Position numbers and translations under genes: made by a program
In this document: positions 8,591-21,329 of the stretch, one piece after another
Layout: the number at the start of each line of letters is the position of its first letter
Numbering within the stretch: the stretch's first letter is position 1
Notes under the pieces: generated by a model
Seen by the model: only the letters and a program-made list of their open reading frames with translations
What the model was told of the DNA's origin: nothing
Databases searched by the model: none
NCBI GenBank assembly: GCA_977020255.1
Contig: CDROCS010001811.1
Span: 62,001-126,000 of the forward strand
Length of the DNA stretch: 64,000 bases
From: Obrimoposthia wandeli
Lineage: Eukaryota
Direction of reading: 5' to 3'

Positions 8591-11500
8591 ATGGTAAGAT
8601 TGTTTTTTCCCAAAATTTTTTAAAATTTATTTTAGAATTGTAATATGCGAAGAAAACTGTGTTTCAACACAAATCACGAGCAGTGCCGAGCTCAGATGGA
8701 GCAGTACTTTGAAGTACGCAACAATGGAAGAACATTCTTTGTCTGTCCTGTGTGTCTGTCGGCAGAACAGATCGACTGGACGAGTTTTGCAGATCGACAT
8801 GAAGATCACCTGACGCATTTCCAGGTTCGAGGCAAGAAATCAATTTTCAATGCTGCACAATCTTCTCCACAATCTGCTATCACCAACTCATCTACTGCTA
8901 TCATGCCTGCTCCTGTTGCCGTCAATCCAGCAGGTCGTAATCCTTCTTTTACTAATGCATCTACCCGCAAGAGAAGTGTTATGCCCACTTCAGGTAGCTC
9001 TGCATCTCATGGAATTAGTGCGGGGGCTAGTCGGAATGTTATCCCTGCTAGCTCTGCTGCGAAGAGGGTGCGACCTAATACGTCAGTAAGATCGGGTTTA
9101 AGGGGTTCAATAGAAACACTCTCTCTTGATGTTTCAAGTGAAGGGATGTTGATTTTAGATGTGCCAGAATATTTTATTGATACTCTGCGCACAACTATTT
9201 CTAAATTTATCACCTGTAAGGTGCAATTCGGGGTTAAGGTAGAATTCTCTAAGGATGAGGAGATAAAGTTTTGGAATGTGTCAAATAAGGGAGTTGAATT
9301 CAGCAATGAGTTTATTGCTGATGGGATAGCAGCCCTTAATCAAAAAATTGAGAATTACTCTCAGAATGGTAGTAATTGGACGGTAACCCGTTTCCAAGAG
9401 ATATCATTTATTGTCACAAAAACAACGACAATGAATTATCTTCAAGGGCGGAGTTATATTCCAACTCCTTATAGGCTTGGACTTTCACACGCTGTGATTA
9501 ATGTTCAGAATACGTCAAACGTTTTCTGCTTTTTATATAGTATTTTAGCTGTACTTTTTAGGGATTTATTTAAAAGTAACCCTACTAGACCTCGTCAATA
9601 TGAGGGACTTTTCTCAGAGCTCTTTTATGATGAGGCCGATATGCCAATGCGTCTGGGCAATATACCGCGATTTGAGAGTGAGAATCCTAAACTCTCAATC
9701 AACGTATTTTCTTTCAATAATTTCGGTTGTATTCCTCCCAATGAAGAAATTTTTAAAAATCCATTCATTGATGTAATATACCGAACCACAAATCCCAGCG
9801 GCACACCGGTAAATCTTCTTCTTTTAGAAAATGATTCTGGTTTTCATTATGTGGCGGTTCCTAGACTAAGCAAATTACTAAATTTTAGGAATAAGGGACC
9901 TGCTACTCGAATTAGGTGTACTTGGTGCCATAAGTGTCTTCATGGCTTTAGGAATCCAATTAGTTATACCAAGCATGAGGCTTTGTGCACAATGAACAAG
10001 GAGCATACGACTCTCTATCAGATGCCTTCAAATAAATATATCGCTTTTACTGATTTCAGTAAAACGGTATCACCTCCGTTTGCCGTTTACGCCGACTTCG
10101 AGGCAGTTTTGCCGCCGCATGGGATTCATCATCAGATTCATCTGCCCATTGCGGCCGGTATGTTGATGTCTCCAATCACAGCTGCTTCAAATGGATTTAC
10201 ACAGGACTACTCTTTTTTCACAGGAGAATCTTGTGTGGTTTCTTTTCTTAAAAAATTGGAGGAGTTGGCTAGGGATGTTGTTCTTCCATGGTATCGAGAT
10301 CATGCTGTTGCAGTAATGCGCGCGCTAACATTGGAGCAAGTAGCTAGTTTCCATGCAGCTACTACATGTTACCTGTGTAATAAGCGCTGCGTTAACAAGG
10401 TCAGGGATCACGACCATATGACTGGTGAATACCTTGGAGTATCTCATTCAAAGTGTAATTTATCGCGGAGAATAAATCGTTCTTTTCCTGTTATTTTTCA
10501 TAACTTGAGAGGATACGATATGCATCATATCCTTAAGCATGCGATAACTCAGTTTTCACATTGGGATATATCAGTCATACCCCAATCAACTGAGAAATTT
10601 CAGGCTATGATCGTACACGTTCATGGAATGAGTATTCGATTTATCGATTCGCTGCAGTTCCTGAATAGTTCTCTTGACAAACTCGCAAGTTACCTGGATG
10701 TTACTCCACTTACGCATTCTGTCTTCTCATCTCATCTCGTGTCCCGGAAAGGCATATTCCCGTATGACATGGCCACTTCAGAGACTGCTCTCCGGGCAAT
10801 CACAAGTCTCCCGCCTAAATGGAGTGAAGGTATAGAAGATGTCCAGTATGAACAAGCACTGAGGGTTTGGGACGAGCACAGCTGTACATCTCTTTGGGAT
10901 TACATGCTCCTGTATCTGAAGATCGACGTATACCTCCTTGCTGATGTTTTTACAACGTTCCGGAAGAAAGCCATCGCCGATGATTCATTGGAGCCGCTCA
11001 ACTTCTTCTCGATTCCTGGTAAATTTTAGTAGTAGATTTTAGTAATCATTTTCAGTAATCGATTTTCTGTAATTTTCAGTAACAATTCTTTTAAAAGTCT
11101 TTATTTTAATTCTTTAACAATTCTTTAAAAAATCTTTAATTTAATTCTTTAACAATTCTTTAAAAAATCTTTAATTTATTTTTCTTCCCAGGATTATCAT
11201 TCGCGAGCGCTCTCAAGTCTTTGCTTCCTTCTACCTCGTCGCCTAATGAGATCAAGGTGGAACTTGTTCAGGATCCAGAGATGTACTCCCTGTTTCGTGA
11301 AGGCATCAGAGGAGGAATGACATTTGTCAACGAGCACAAGGTTGATGCAGTGAATGGTTGTGAGCTCTTATACATTGATGTAAATAATCTGTATGGATGG
11401 GCTATGTCCCAATTTTTACCTTGTGGTGATTTTAAGAGGGTAACTGACCAGTTAGATTTAGGGGTTATAATTTCCGAGCTCTCATTTAAGGATTTAAGTT

Positions 11501-12621
11501 GTAGTAGCTTTGCTCATTTGATGGAGGTGGACTTATCCATTCCTAAAGAGCTGCACGATAAACTAGACGATCTCCCCTTAGCTCCGCGAAAGGAATGCTC
11601 TATTGGTAGTAAACAACCAAAATTACTTCTGACTCATTACCCTAAAAAGCATTATATTGTGCATTCCAGATTGCTTCAAATGTATATAAGACTTGGTGCG
11701 AAAGTAGATTATGTACATAGAGCAATACAGTTTGCACAAACTAATGTTTTTGCAAAGTATATTGAGGATAATTCCGCGAAAAGGGCTAGTGCTGCAAATG
11801 ATTTCGAGCGGGAATATTATAAATTGAAGGTTAATTCTCTGTTTGGTAAGTTAATAGAGAATTTAATGAAGAGAATTAACCTCCGTATTTGTAATACGCC
11901 ACAAAAGCTTGTTACCTATTGTAGTAAAGCCCAATTTCGTAGGACGATGGAAATCGACACAAACGTAATAGCTGTTTTACTAAATATGCAAACTGTCGTT
12001 TTAGATCGTCCTAGTTATATTGGTCAGGCAGTTCTGGATTTAAGTAAGTTAAGGATGTATGAGCTTCAATATGTTCAATTAGAGAAATATAGATGTCAGT
12101 TTAATTGCGACATTCGAATAATTGCTGGTGACACTGATAGCTTTTTTCTAAAGTGTGATAATGTAGATGTGCAAGCTACACTGTTGCCAGCAATGATTTC
12201 GGATGGGTTATTAGACACATCAAAATTCCCTATAAACCATCCTTTATTTACTTTAGCCAATACTGCGATAGGCAAGTTTAAGGATGAAAGTAAGGGTGTC
12301 TGTAGATATAAGCAATGGGTATTTTTACGCCCCAAATCATATAGCTTAGAAACTATAGACGGAAAGTCCCAGATGAGAGCAAAGGGAATTAGCCTTAAGC
12401 AGACTGCACTACGCCATGCGAATTATTTAGCCGCATATGAGAGTGGGGTTAGTGAACGAGTGCAACAACAACGCATTAGTTCAATTAATCACCAGCTCTA
12501 TACAGTAAAATTGAGTAAGATCGCATTGAGTAGCAATGACGATAAGAGAAAATGGGTAGAGAAAAACCGGTCAGTTGCCTATGGACATCACCGATATCCA
12601 GATGTTTTTTCACTTGAATGA
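8591..12621 (+). CDS. pPolB: Protein-primed family B DNA polymerase, 3 exons (8591-8593, 8636-11018, 11192-12621; 1271 aa)
   Basis: Exo motifs YADFE, FHNLRGYD and YLKIDV. Pol motifs YIDVNNLYG, KLKVNSLFGK, GDTDS and PKSY. The 173-nt intron 11019-11191 joins SIPG|LSFASALK in frame. The 42-nt intron 8594-8635 follows an ATG-only first exon. Confidence 0.95.
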
Positions 12622-12659
12622 TTGTTTTTGTATGTTTGAATTTATATGTCTCAAATTTA

Positions 12660-13114
12660 TTTTTAGTTTGAAATTTTCAAGTTTTTTTGTTTGTTGGAAA
12701 ATTTAAAGATTTTTTTTTTTGAAATTTTTAAGAATTTTTTTTTTTTTGAAATTTTTAAGAATTTTTTTTTTTTTGAAAATATTAAGATTCTTTTTTTTGT
12801 TTAAAATTTTAAATTTTGCGCAAAAAAGCCATTTTGAAAATTTTAAATTTTGCTCAAAAAATTGATAATTAAAACAAAAACGTGACCTTGACACGTGCCG
12901 TAGTTGCCACGGCAACAATACACACATGTGGCACGTGCCATGGTGTGCGCGCACGTGCCATGGTGTGCGCACACGTGCCATTGTGTGCGCACACGTGCCA
13001 GGTGTGCGCACACGTGTCAGTTGTGCACGTGCCATGTCACGCGACTTGTTGCTAGGGTCTTCTTGCTCACTTGCACACAGGGGGGGTGAGCCAGAAGACC
13101 CACTTCCCCCTACT
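12660..13114. repeat. Right terminal inverted repeat with GC-rich CACACGTGCCA/TGTGCGC subrepeats
   Basis: Inverted match to 1-186. The outer ~190 bp contains short GC-rich repeats and ends in TACT. Confidence 0.88.
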
Positions 13115-14169
13115 ATCATATATGAATATGCAACATCAATGTTAGTGGTATTTCTCCTATAAATGCAGATTGTACATATATTAAAAAAGAAAGCTTCTAA
13201 TTATTACAATTGGGCTTGTATTTCAAAATGATTTTCTATTAATTCAGTTTACCAATGAAATCGGCTGCAAACATTTTCAAACAAAGCTGCTAGTATTATA
13301 TTCAAAATAAAAAAGATTTAGTGCAAGTGAACATTTAATGAAGCTCCACAACCAGAACTAAATTTAGAATCCTACTTATCGTCAAAAAAGTATTTTATAA
13401 CAAAAACTCAAATATGTATGATTTTCTGAAGCTTGGTGCATCTTAGGAACAACGCTGATGGCTGCAGATTGGTCAAGAAATTCTAAAATAACAAACAGTA
13501 AAGATGGTGAAAATTTCAAGATGCTACCGAAGACATTAGTATTATTTTTTAAAATTATACTCGATTTACATTATTAATTTTGATAAAACAAACTTTTAAG
13601 ATTTATTAAGTTATTTTTAGTCAAATATACTTCAAATTGTTTGAAATATTATGATTTATGATTATACAAACAAATATTTGTACGCATCTAATTAAAATAA
13701 AACGCAAAATTGTCTCCATCTTGTATTTTATTTCTATCTTAATTCTTAGTTGTTGTGTTTGCAAATTATGTATATTTTATTTTTATTCATTTTTGGTAAA
13801 ATAAGAATGCTGTTTGAACTTTATAATATAACTTGAGTTTTAAGTAGACATATCTAAGTGATAATTTGTAATAGTCAAGGTAAGTCGAAAATTTATATAA
13901 AAAAAACTGATAATTTTAATGTTTTTATGCATGAAACGTAATCTTTAAATTAAATTTTTTAATAATACTAACTTTTAGAATGTATATAAAAGCTAACCTA
14001 AGTTACATTAACGTTGTAAGTTAGTATTGTTTAAATATTCTTATCAATGTATGATGATCACATTTATTTTTTAAAAATAATACTAATAATACTATGTTCA
14101 ATTAAAAACACGTTTAATTTTAAATACAATTCCTACGACATTCCATTAAAATTTAAGTTAAAATAATCA

Positions 14170-15084
14170 TTTTCAGTCTGTTACACCGGGGAAGAAGCAA
14201 TCGCCCATGTTACTGATGGAGCAGTGAACTCAACACACAGTTTGCCTTCCACCAATAATCCCCTATGTATTATGTAACATCCACTTTTCCTCAAAGATGT
14301 TCAGGCTGATGACCAATATCATGTACTGCCAGGCGCTTCATGGTGATATGTTTGAAGTTTTCTATAAAACCAACATCCATTGATTGCGTCCCGGATGAAC
14401 AATTAGGAGGCAGAAATTGAACTTCCTAATCGTAAGATTGTCAATGATTGACAGATGGCCAGGACAGTTATCCAACACTTGAATAAGGTGTCTAGTATCA
14501 GCTTTCATTATCTTGTTAATACATCGGAGCCGCTTTTCAAAAATCTGTGCTACATATGTAGCACGAATAAAAGCAAAATAATAGCCTTTCTCTTCGGTTA
14601 GCCCATGCATTGTTAGCAGTTGTTTTTCTCTCTTGAAGCATCGTAATTTTTTGACTTGTCTGTTATTAGAAAAGGAAGACGTTCGTTAGTACTATATGTT
14701 GTGTGTGCGTTTTCTTGTTTGAATACAAGTGATAGTTACGGCTCAAGCTTTCAGAATATATTGCATGACTCAAAGGATTGTAAAATGTCTTCAAGTCTGA
14801 ATACTTTCGTCGGATACATCCGCATTCTTCCTATTTAGCTTGTTTGACTACTCCAGCTTATCGAAATGTCACAGCGATCCTACGCAAAGGTCAGTGAACA
14901 TATTCATTTGTATTGTGAACTGAGTTATCTTGAGTCGAAGTAACTCACAGTCAATGGGAATGTTTTCGGGTCGACATTGTTTAAGCAATTCCAGTAAACA
15001 CTTGTAGACATCACCATACGTACATTTTATCGTGTGTTCCGCTGTTGAATTAATTGTTGTGTTCTTTTTGTGTATATTTTTCAT
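14170..15084 (-). pseudogene. Decayed pogo/Tigger (DDE_1, CENP-B-like) transposase
   Basis: HTH-like YKCLLELLKQCRPENIPIDCELLRLK, VLDNCPGH, and EVQFLPPNCSSGTQSMDVGFIENFK across frameshifts. Confidence 0.8.
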
Positions 15085-16261
15085 AAAATCCCTGTATTAC
15101 TAGTTTAATATTGTTTGATTCAAAATGTTTTTACATTTCTATATGGATATTATTCAATATTTAAAAATATATATAAATATAATAATGTTAATGAACTTTT
15201 ATTATTTCAAAGTCAGAATTTCTTGTTATAATACACAAACAATTAATTTTTACATTGATTGTTATGATTTAAAAAATTTAAACCATATTTCTAAAATTAA
15301 ATTTATTTTGAAATAAAAGAAATGAAACAATATACAAGAATTTAATATATCGAACAGTTTGACAATTTTTTGCAGTAATATCCAAAAATATGTTAGAAAA
15401 TTATTCGTAGAGCTTTTTATATAATTGTTTTCAAGATCCTGATATATATTATATATATTGAAATATAAAATAAGTATTAAAAATTAATCAAAAGTTTCGT
15501 TTCTCGTTTCTAATATTTCAAATTATATGCTTCTTTAAGTTATTTAAAAATATGACTTGAAATAGATAAAATCTAATTTTGAGTTTGAACATAAAATAAA
15601 TTATTTGATAAGTAAATAAATGTTACAAAAAATAATTTGAATATTAAAATAATTATAAAACATTAACAAAATTAACTTAAGTTTTATTCATAATAAACAT
15701 TAGTATAACCAATTTATTAGTGGCATAATTTTAGAAAATTATTCTTTCAAATAAAAACACTTGTTTAAATTTTTGAATATTTAAGAGCATTTTAAAAAAA
15801 AAAAATTTATCTTTCATTTCAAAATTTCTCGGTTATACAGTTATTTTGCAGCTATGAATAATAAAAATGAAATCTTATTAATATTTATCTTTATTTATTT
15901 CTATTTCAGTTAGAATTACTGCATTGTAAATGTGAATATGCAGGTGTAAATTGACCTATATTAACTTTTCCTATAAAAATCGAATCAATTTTTCTCCTTC
16001 ACAACTGTTATTTATAAATAACAAAATCTAAAAATAAATTAAAATCTCTATTATATATTTTAATGTTCGCATACACATTAACCAATGTTCACGTTATGAA
16101 AGAGTTAACATTATACATGTTTGGCTGTAAGTAACAAAAAATATTAATACTAGTTTATAAAATATATACATTCACTATCTTATGATTAGTTAATTTACAT
16201 TGAGTAGAGTTTTCAATGAATCCATATTCTAGATGAGATTTATTTTCACTTTCCTTTTCAG

Positions 16262-16498
16262 AAAAAGTACTATTTGAATGTTTCAATCGTCGATCGCAAC
16301 TTCAAAATTGACCTAGATCCATCCACATCTGTTGTGGAGTTCAAGAGGAAAATTATGCTGAAAGCCACCATCACCACGGGAAACATACAACTCATTGCAG
16401 AAGCCAAAACGATGGAAGACTCCATGAATATCATTGACTATGATCTGGATTCTGGATCCACTATTCAGTTGATTATCAGCCTCCCTGGGGCTCTCTAA
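16262..16498 (+). CDS. Terminal ubiquitin-like exon of poly-Ubl paralog C (upstream exons not in window)
   Basis: Acceptor TTCCTTTTCAG|AAA is phase 0. The 237-nt length equals the gene B last exon. KKYYLNV...DYDLDSGSTIQLIISLPGAL* aligns with SSYSLLV...DYAIDSGSTIQLFTTMAGGR*. Confidence 0.8.
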   Translation, partial: KKYYLNVSIVDRNFKIDLDPSTSVVEFKRKIMLKATITTGNIQLIAEAKTMEDSMNIIDYDLDSGSTIQLIISLPGAL

Positions 16499-17449
16499 GT
16501 AACCATTTGGTCTAAAACAACTGAATTAAATTTTTGCTTAAAGTTTCATAAACTGAATCTATTTAATTTGTGGTTTCTTGTTAATGTAAATTGCTATTCC
16601 ACATAACTGTTATAACTTCATTTCCTACTAATCCTTGAAATCTATAAATGTATGATTAAAGTTTTAAACAATTAATAAGATGCGTTATATTTATAGTCCT
16701 ACCCAAGGATGTGTTAAAAGTCAAATACGATTAATAAAACATTTTAATTAATACAGAAAAATCTAAAACGGGAAAATGTTAGGAATTGAAATATTACAAT
16801 TTAAAAATTGAATTGAAATGCCCACAGTTGAATGACAATTTTTACAAAAGCTTTTATAAGAGAAATATACAGGAAATGAAATTCTGTGGAAAAGTATAGA
16901 AAAATACTTAGAAAAATCACATACAAATCCAAATTTAACTATAAAATTACTAAAACAACAAAAATATAATATTAATACAATGTAGAAAATGTATAATCAC
17001 AAATAAACCAACTGTACACTTGTAAAAACATAATCACTTTAAAAAACTTAAGAATTTTATATATAGAGAATATTCGAACTTACTATTTATGAAAGTTGAG
17101 TAATATTACAAATAGAAAAATCTATACTTTAAACTACAACAAAAATCAAGATATATACGACACAAAACATAACAAAAATAACTAAGAATAAGTTACCACT
17201 CACAACTAAAAAAACATAAAGAACTAATTATTTTTTTCTATAAAAAAATAAATCTTCAAAATTTAGCAAATTTTTTTCATGTGTAAGCCTGGGAAAACTT
17301 TGATCTAAATTTTCACATAGAATAGTGTGTACTATTACGTAATACATTCCTTAACTGATAAGAGTGAACTTTCACATAGAATAATTGATTGATTACTATA
17401 GAATTTCTTAACTTATGTTAAGTTTAATTAATTAAAAATTAATTAAAAA

Positions 17450-18436
17450 GTGCATTCGGTGCACATTTTTAGAATCATTTTATTTTGGTCAGTTCCCGAC
17501 CGGCTTATCACCGGTTTCGCCCTGCCGGGCTCATCAGGGGAACGGCAGGTTATCTCTGACTTCGCGGTTGTTATTTCCGCGAAGCCAGAGATAAAAGTGA
17601 CAGAAGAATGTCACTGTTTGAGATTCAATCGCAGATCGACTGGACTAAATTGATTCAGTTCGATCTGCGATCGAAACAAATTTAACCATAGATAAATAGC
17701 TTTGCAGATCGACTGGACTTCGGTTTCCCTCTACCAGATTCTCCCTCTTCTGGATTTCCTCTCTGCCCAGTTACAATCTGTGACTTTTCCCCTGCTGCCA
17801 CTACTGTGGCTCGGCGTGTGGGTGGATGCAGCGAGGGAGTCGTGTCTCCCTGTTCCTTCGTCCAATATCACTATCACAGCCCACAAACACAATCTGCCCA
17901 TTCATCTCCATCCTACAACTGCTGCCCTCTGTGCATGTGTGCCACATCAGTGACAGAATTGTGTTTTTGTGCACTTTGTGTATGTGTGCACATTTTGCAC
18001 AGTTTTCCTGAAAAATCGATTATGTGTATGTGTGTGTGTGGATTCTCCTTGTCTGCATAAAAGCAGAAACATTAACAAATTGGAACACAACAAAAAATTG
18101 AAGATTTTGAACAAAGTTCCAGACATTTGATTTTGATTTATTTTCAACAATTTATCTACTCCGTATTTGAAGAAGTTTAAGACAAAACCATTTGATTTTG
18201 ATTTATTTTCAACAATTTATCTACTCCGTATTTGAAGAAGTTTAAGACAAAACCATTTGATTTTGATTTATTTTCAACAATTTATCTACTCCGTATTTGA
18301 AGAAACCATTTGATTAAGTTTAATACAAAGTTTCAGACCATTTGATTTTGATTTATTTTCAACAATTTATCTACTCCTTATTTGAAGAAGTTTAATACAA
18401 AGTTTCAGACCATTTGATATTGAATTATTATCAACA
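17450..18436 (+). mobile_element. Putative 5' LTR region of the gag-env retroelement (left boundary uncertain)
   Basis: GC-richer, hairpin-containing block ending ...TCAACA, immediately before a TGG-initiated PBS-like motif. No 3' LTR copy was found. Confidence 0.45.
18124..18420. repeat. Tandem repeat, 65-bp unit, about 4.5 copies
   Basis: CATTTGATTTTGATTTATTTTCAACAATTTATCTACTCC at 18124, 18189 and 18254, then degenerate copies. Confidence 0.9.
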
Positions 18437-18439
18437 ATT

Positions 18440-18458
18440 TGGTGAGCCCGACAAGGAT
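18440..18458 (+). promoter_or_regulatory. Putative primer binding site
   Basis: TGGTGAGCCCGACAAGGAT lies 3 nt after the LTR-like end CA. Its reverse complement ends in CCA like a tRNA 3' end. Cognate tRNA not identified. Confidence 0.5.
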
Positions 18459-18511
18459 ACGTAAGCTTATTTTTTCTTCAAATATTTTAAATTTCATTAT
18501 AAAATTATTTA

Positions 18512-18877
18512 CCCAATTTTCATTATAAAATAGTATCTTTTGTGCAATATAGAGCACCCATTTTTCATTATAAAATAGTATATTTTGTGCAATATAGAGC
18601 ACCCATTTTCATTATAAAATAGTATCTTTTGTGCAATATAGAGCACCTATTTTTCATTATAAAATAGTAACTTTTGTGCAATATAGAGCACCCAATTGTC
18701 ATTATAAAATAGTATCTTTTGTGCAATATAGAGCACCCATTTTTCATTATAAAATAGTATCTTTTGTGCAATATAGAGCACCCATTTTTCATTATAAAAT
18801 AGTATCTTTTGTGCAATATAGAGCACCCATTTTTCATTATAAAATAGTATCTTTTGTGCAATATAGAGCACCCATTT
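18512..18877. repeat. Tandem repeat, 45-bp unit, 8 copies
   Basis: CCCATTTTTCATTATAAAATAGTATCTTTTGTGCAATATAGAGCA repeated with ~45-nt period. Confidence 0.95.
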
Positions 18878-19999
18878 TAAAATGTCATTCTAAAATCATT
18901 TATTTAACATTTTAATCATAATCTTTTGTGCAAAATCTATTTAATATAGAGCACCCATTTTCATTTCATTTATATATATATATATATATATTATATTTTA
19001 CATTTTGAATAAAAAATTGATCACATTTTTGATGATAAAAAACATATACCAAAAATTTTGATTTGATATAGATTTTATTACGACTTGACTTTTATTTAAT
19101 TTTACTTTAGTTTTGATACGCGATTAATCAGATTTCGATTGAGTTTTTCATTAAGCCTCATCTTAATTTTTGATTTGATTTGCTCTGATTTGAGTATTCG
19201 TGCTTTATTGATAATCCTTGTATCAAGTCGATAACGAGGTAACGCCTCACTAAGCAAGACTTGTCACAAGGGTGAAGATATAGTACTTTTATTTTTAACC
19301 AAATTTTTTTTGTTGTTGTTTAGTTTAAATAATTCAAAAATTGTTATTATTTCCGTTTGGTGATCATTACTATTTTCAAAAAGTACTAACTATTGTATTA
19401 AGTCGACAACGAGGTAAGGCCTCACTAAGCAAGACTTATCACAGTAGTAAAGAAAAAGTACATCTTTAAACAAATATTTCAACGCAAAACGGTAGTGGTA
19501 ATTAATTACTTTTATAATTTTTCATCAGTAAGCATTATTCAAAAAACCTAACAAAAACATTATAAGTTTTAATTACAGAAGAATTAATAAGGTACGGAAA
19601 TATATTTTTCTTAATTATGTTAAGAAACTAAGATTGATAAAATAAATTTTCTAAAAAACTATCAAAAATCAACACAAAATTAACACAAAATAAATAAATC
19701 AAAACGTAGCGCCAGCCTTCGCTGGAGACGAATCCAAACAAGATTAGTTAGGACAGACTCTAGCGAAAAAACCGATTCAAAGACCCAAATCACAAATCAG
19801 TTTTACAACAAATAACGATTTACTTACACAGACTTCCTCACTCTCAGAACATCTAAACCTAACTTCAGATACAGAGAGTTTACCTTCACCACAAACATCT
19901 GACTCAGATAGTTCGTCAGAGATAACAGAAGCAGTAGCCGTACCAGAACCACCTATTATACAGATAAACAACGAACAAATAATCAATCAACCTCAAATA

Positions 20000-21329
20000 A
20001 TGGCTGAACATAAGTTAAATGTTCCATTAGACGCTTTCAATGGCGATAAATCTTCACTACCTGAATTTTTAAATATATTTGATTCATTTGCTCAGGCATT
20101 TGAATGGACTAATGTAGAGAAACTTAGGGTTTTTCCAGGCGTATTTAAAGGGCACTGCCTTAACAATTTATAGAGGATTAACTAATGAACAGAAAGACAC
20201 ATGGGACCATTTGGTCCAGAATTTTCAAAATATGATTTTAGGAGCACAATCAGAACAAAATTATCTTAACCAATTTAGGCAACGTGAACAACATTTGGGA
20301 GAACCCACAAATATCTTTGCAGTTGAATTACGAAGATTAGCCTTAAAATCATTTCCCGGAATTGAGGAAGTCTTAAGAGAACGTTTGCTCCTACATCAAT
20401 TTCTATATGGGCTAAACAGTAAAATAAAAAATCACCCAGCACTACTAGAAGTAGAAAATTTTCAGCAGGCTGTAAATAAGGCTCAACTTGTAGAAACAAG
20501 ATTAAACCTGTTACAACAATCTGAAGTTTCAGCATTAACCTTTGAAAAAATACAAAGACCAACAACACCACCAAATTTCAATCAAACTCAAAACTATAAC
20601 CCAAATACACAATCTAATTACCAAAGCCAACAACAATATACACCACCGACAAATAACTTTTATAGAAATCAAACAAACAGAAACTATACAGACTCACAAA
20701 TTACACAAAGACCTTTCCAGAAATGTACAAATTGTGGACTGCAAAATCACACAATAGAGAATTGTTATAAAATAACCAACAACAAATTTTGTAGATTTTG
20801 TAAAAAAGACAATCATACTATTGAAACTTGCCGAAAATTGTTATACAGACAAGGTAATAATATAATACCACAAAATAATAACTTTAATAATCCTAATAAT
20901 AATTTCAAAAATGCTAATAGTAATTTTAGAAGCCCATATAATAATTTCAATAATCAAAATAATCAAGCTAAATATTTTAATACTAATACAAAATTTTGTA
21001 AAATTTGTAATATGAAAAATCACAATACTGATGAATGTAGCAAACTAAATACAATGATGAACCAATTTGGTAACACAACAATAAAACAACAACAACCACA
21101 ACCACAGAGTCAAAAAACAGTACAGTTTAACAATCAAAATCAACAATATGCTTACAGAAACTCAATACATACTATTGAAAACACTGATATAACTCAGGAA
21201 ACAGAAGAAGTTGCATTGATGAGATTAAGACAACAAGAAATAGATAATCGCTACAAAGAAACACATCAGCAATACCAAAACAATGAGCAAAACACAAATA
21301 GTACCAACTCTCAATCCGAATTCGAATAA
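20000..21329 (+). pseudogene. gag: Ty3/Gypsy-type gag (frameshift near 20140) with three CCHC knuckles
   Basis: FNGDKSSLPEFL...AFEW...AYLKGTALTIY...W capsid pattern, QREQHLGE...LRRLA, and knuckles CTNCGLQNHTIENC, CRFCKKDNHTIETC, CKICNMKNHNTDEC. The open frame extends upstream to about 19800. Confidence 0.88.

Larger units (their letters stand above)
1..13114 (+). mobile_element. Maverick/Polinton (adintovirus-like) element, near full length, left end truncated by the window
   Basis: Terminal inverted repeats, plus the canonical gene set (pPolB, DDE integrase with chromodomain, A32-like ATPase, adenain-like protease, major and minor capsid proteins). The right end reads ...CCCCTACT (13114), fitting the AG...CT termini of Polintons. 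The following ATCATA may be the 6-bp TSD, but the left flank is not visible. Confidence 0.95.

Noticed and set aside
12703-13162. ORFs over the right TIR
   Set aside because: Translations of A/T runs and GC-rich TIR subrepeats.
17450-18150. Short ORFs in the LTR-like region
   Set aside because: Overlapping low-complexity (TG-rich) ORFs with no motifs.
18124-18877. CRISPR-like appearance of the repeat arrays and their repetitive ORFs (18568-18915)
   Set aside because: Head-to-tail tandem repeats without unique spacers, no cas genes, eukaryotic context. The ORFs are by-products of a 45-bp unit.
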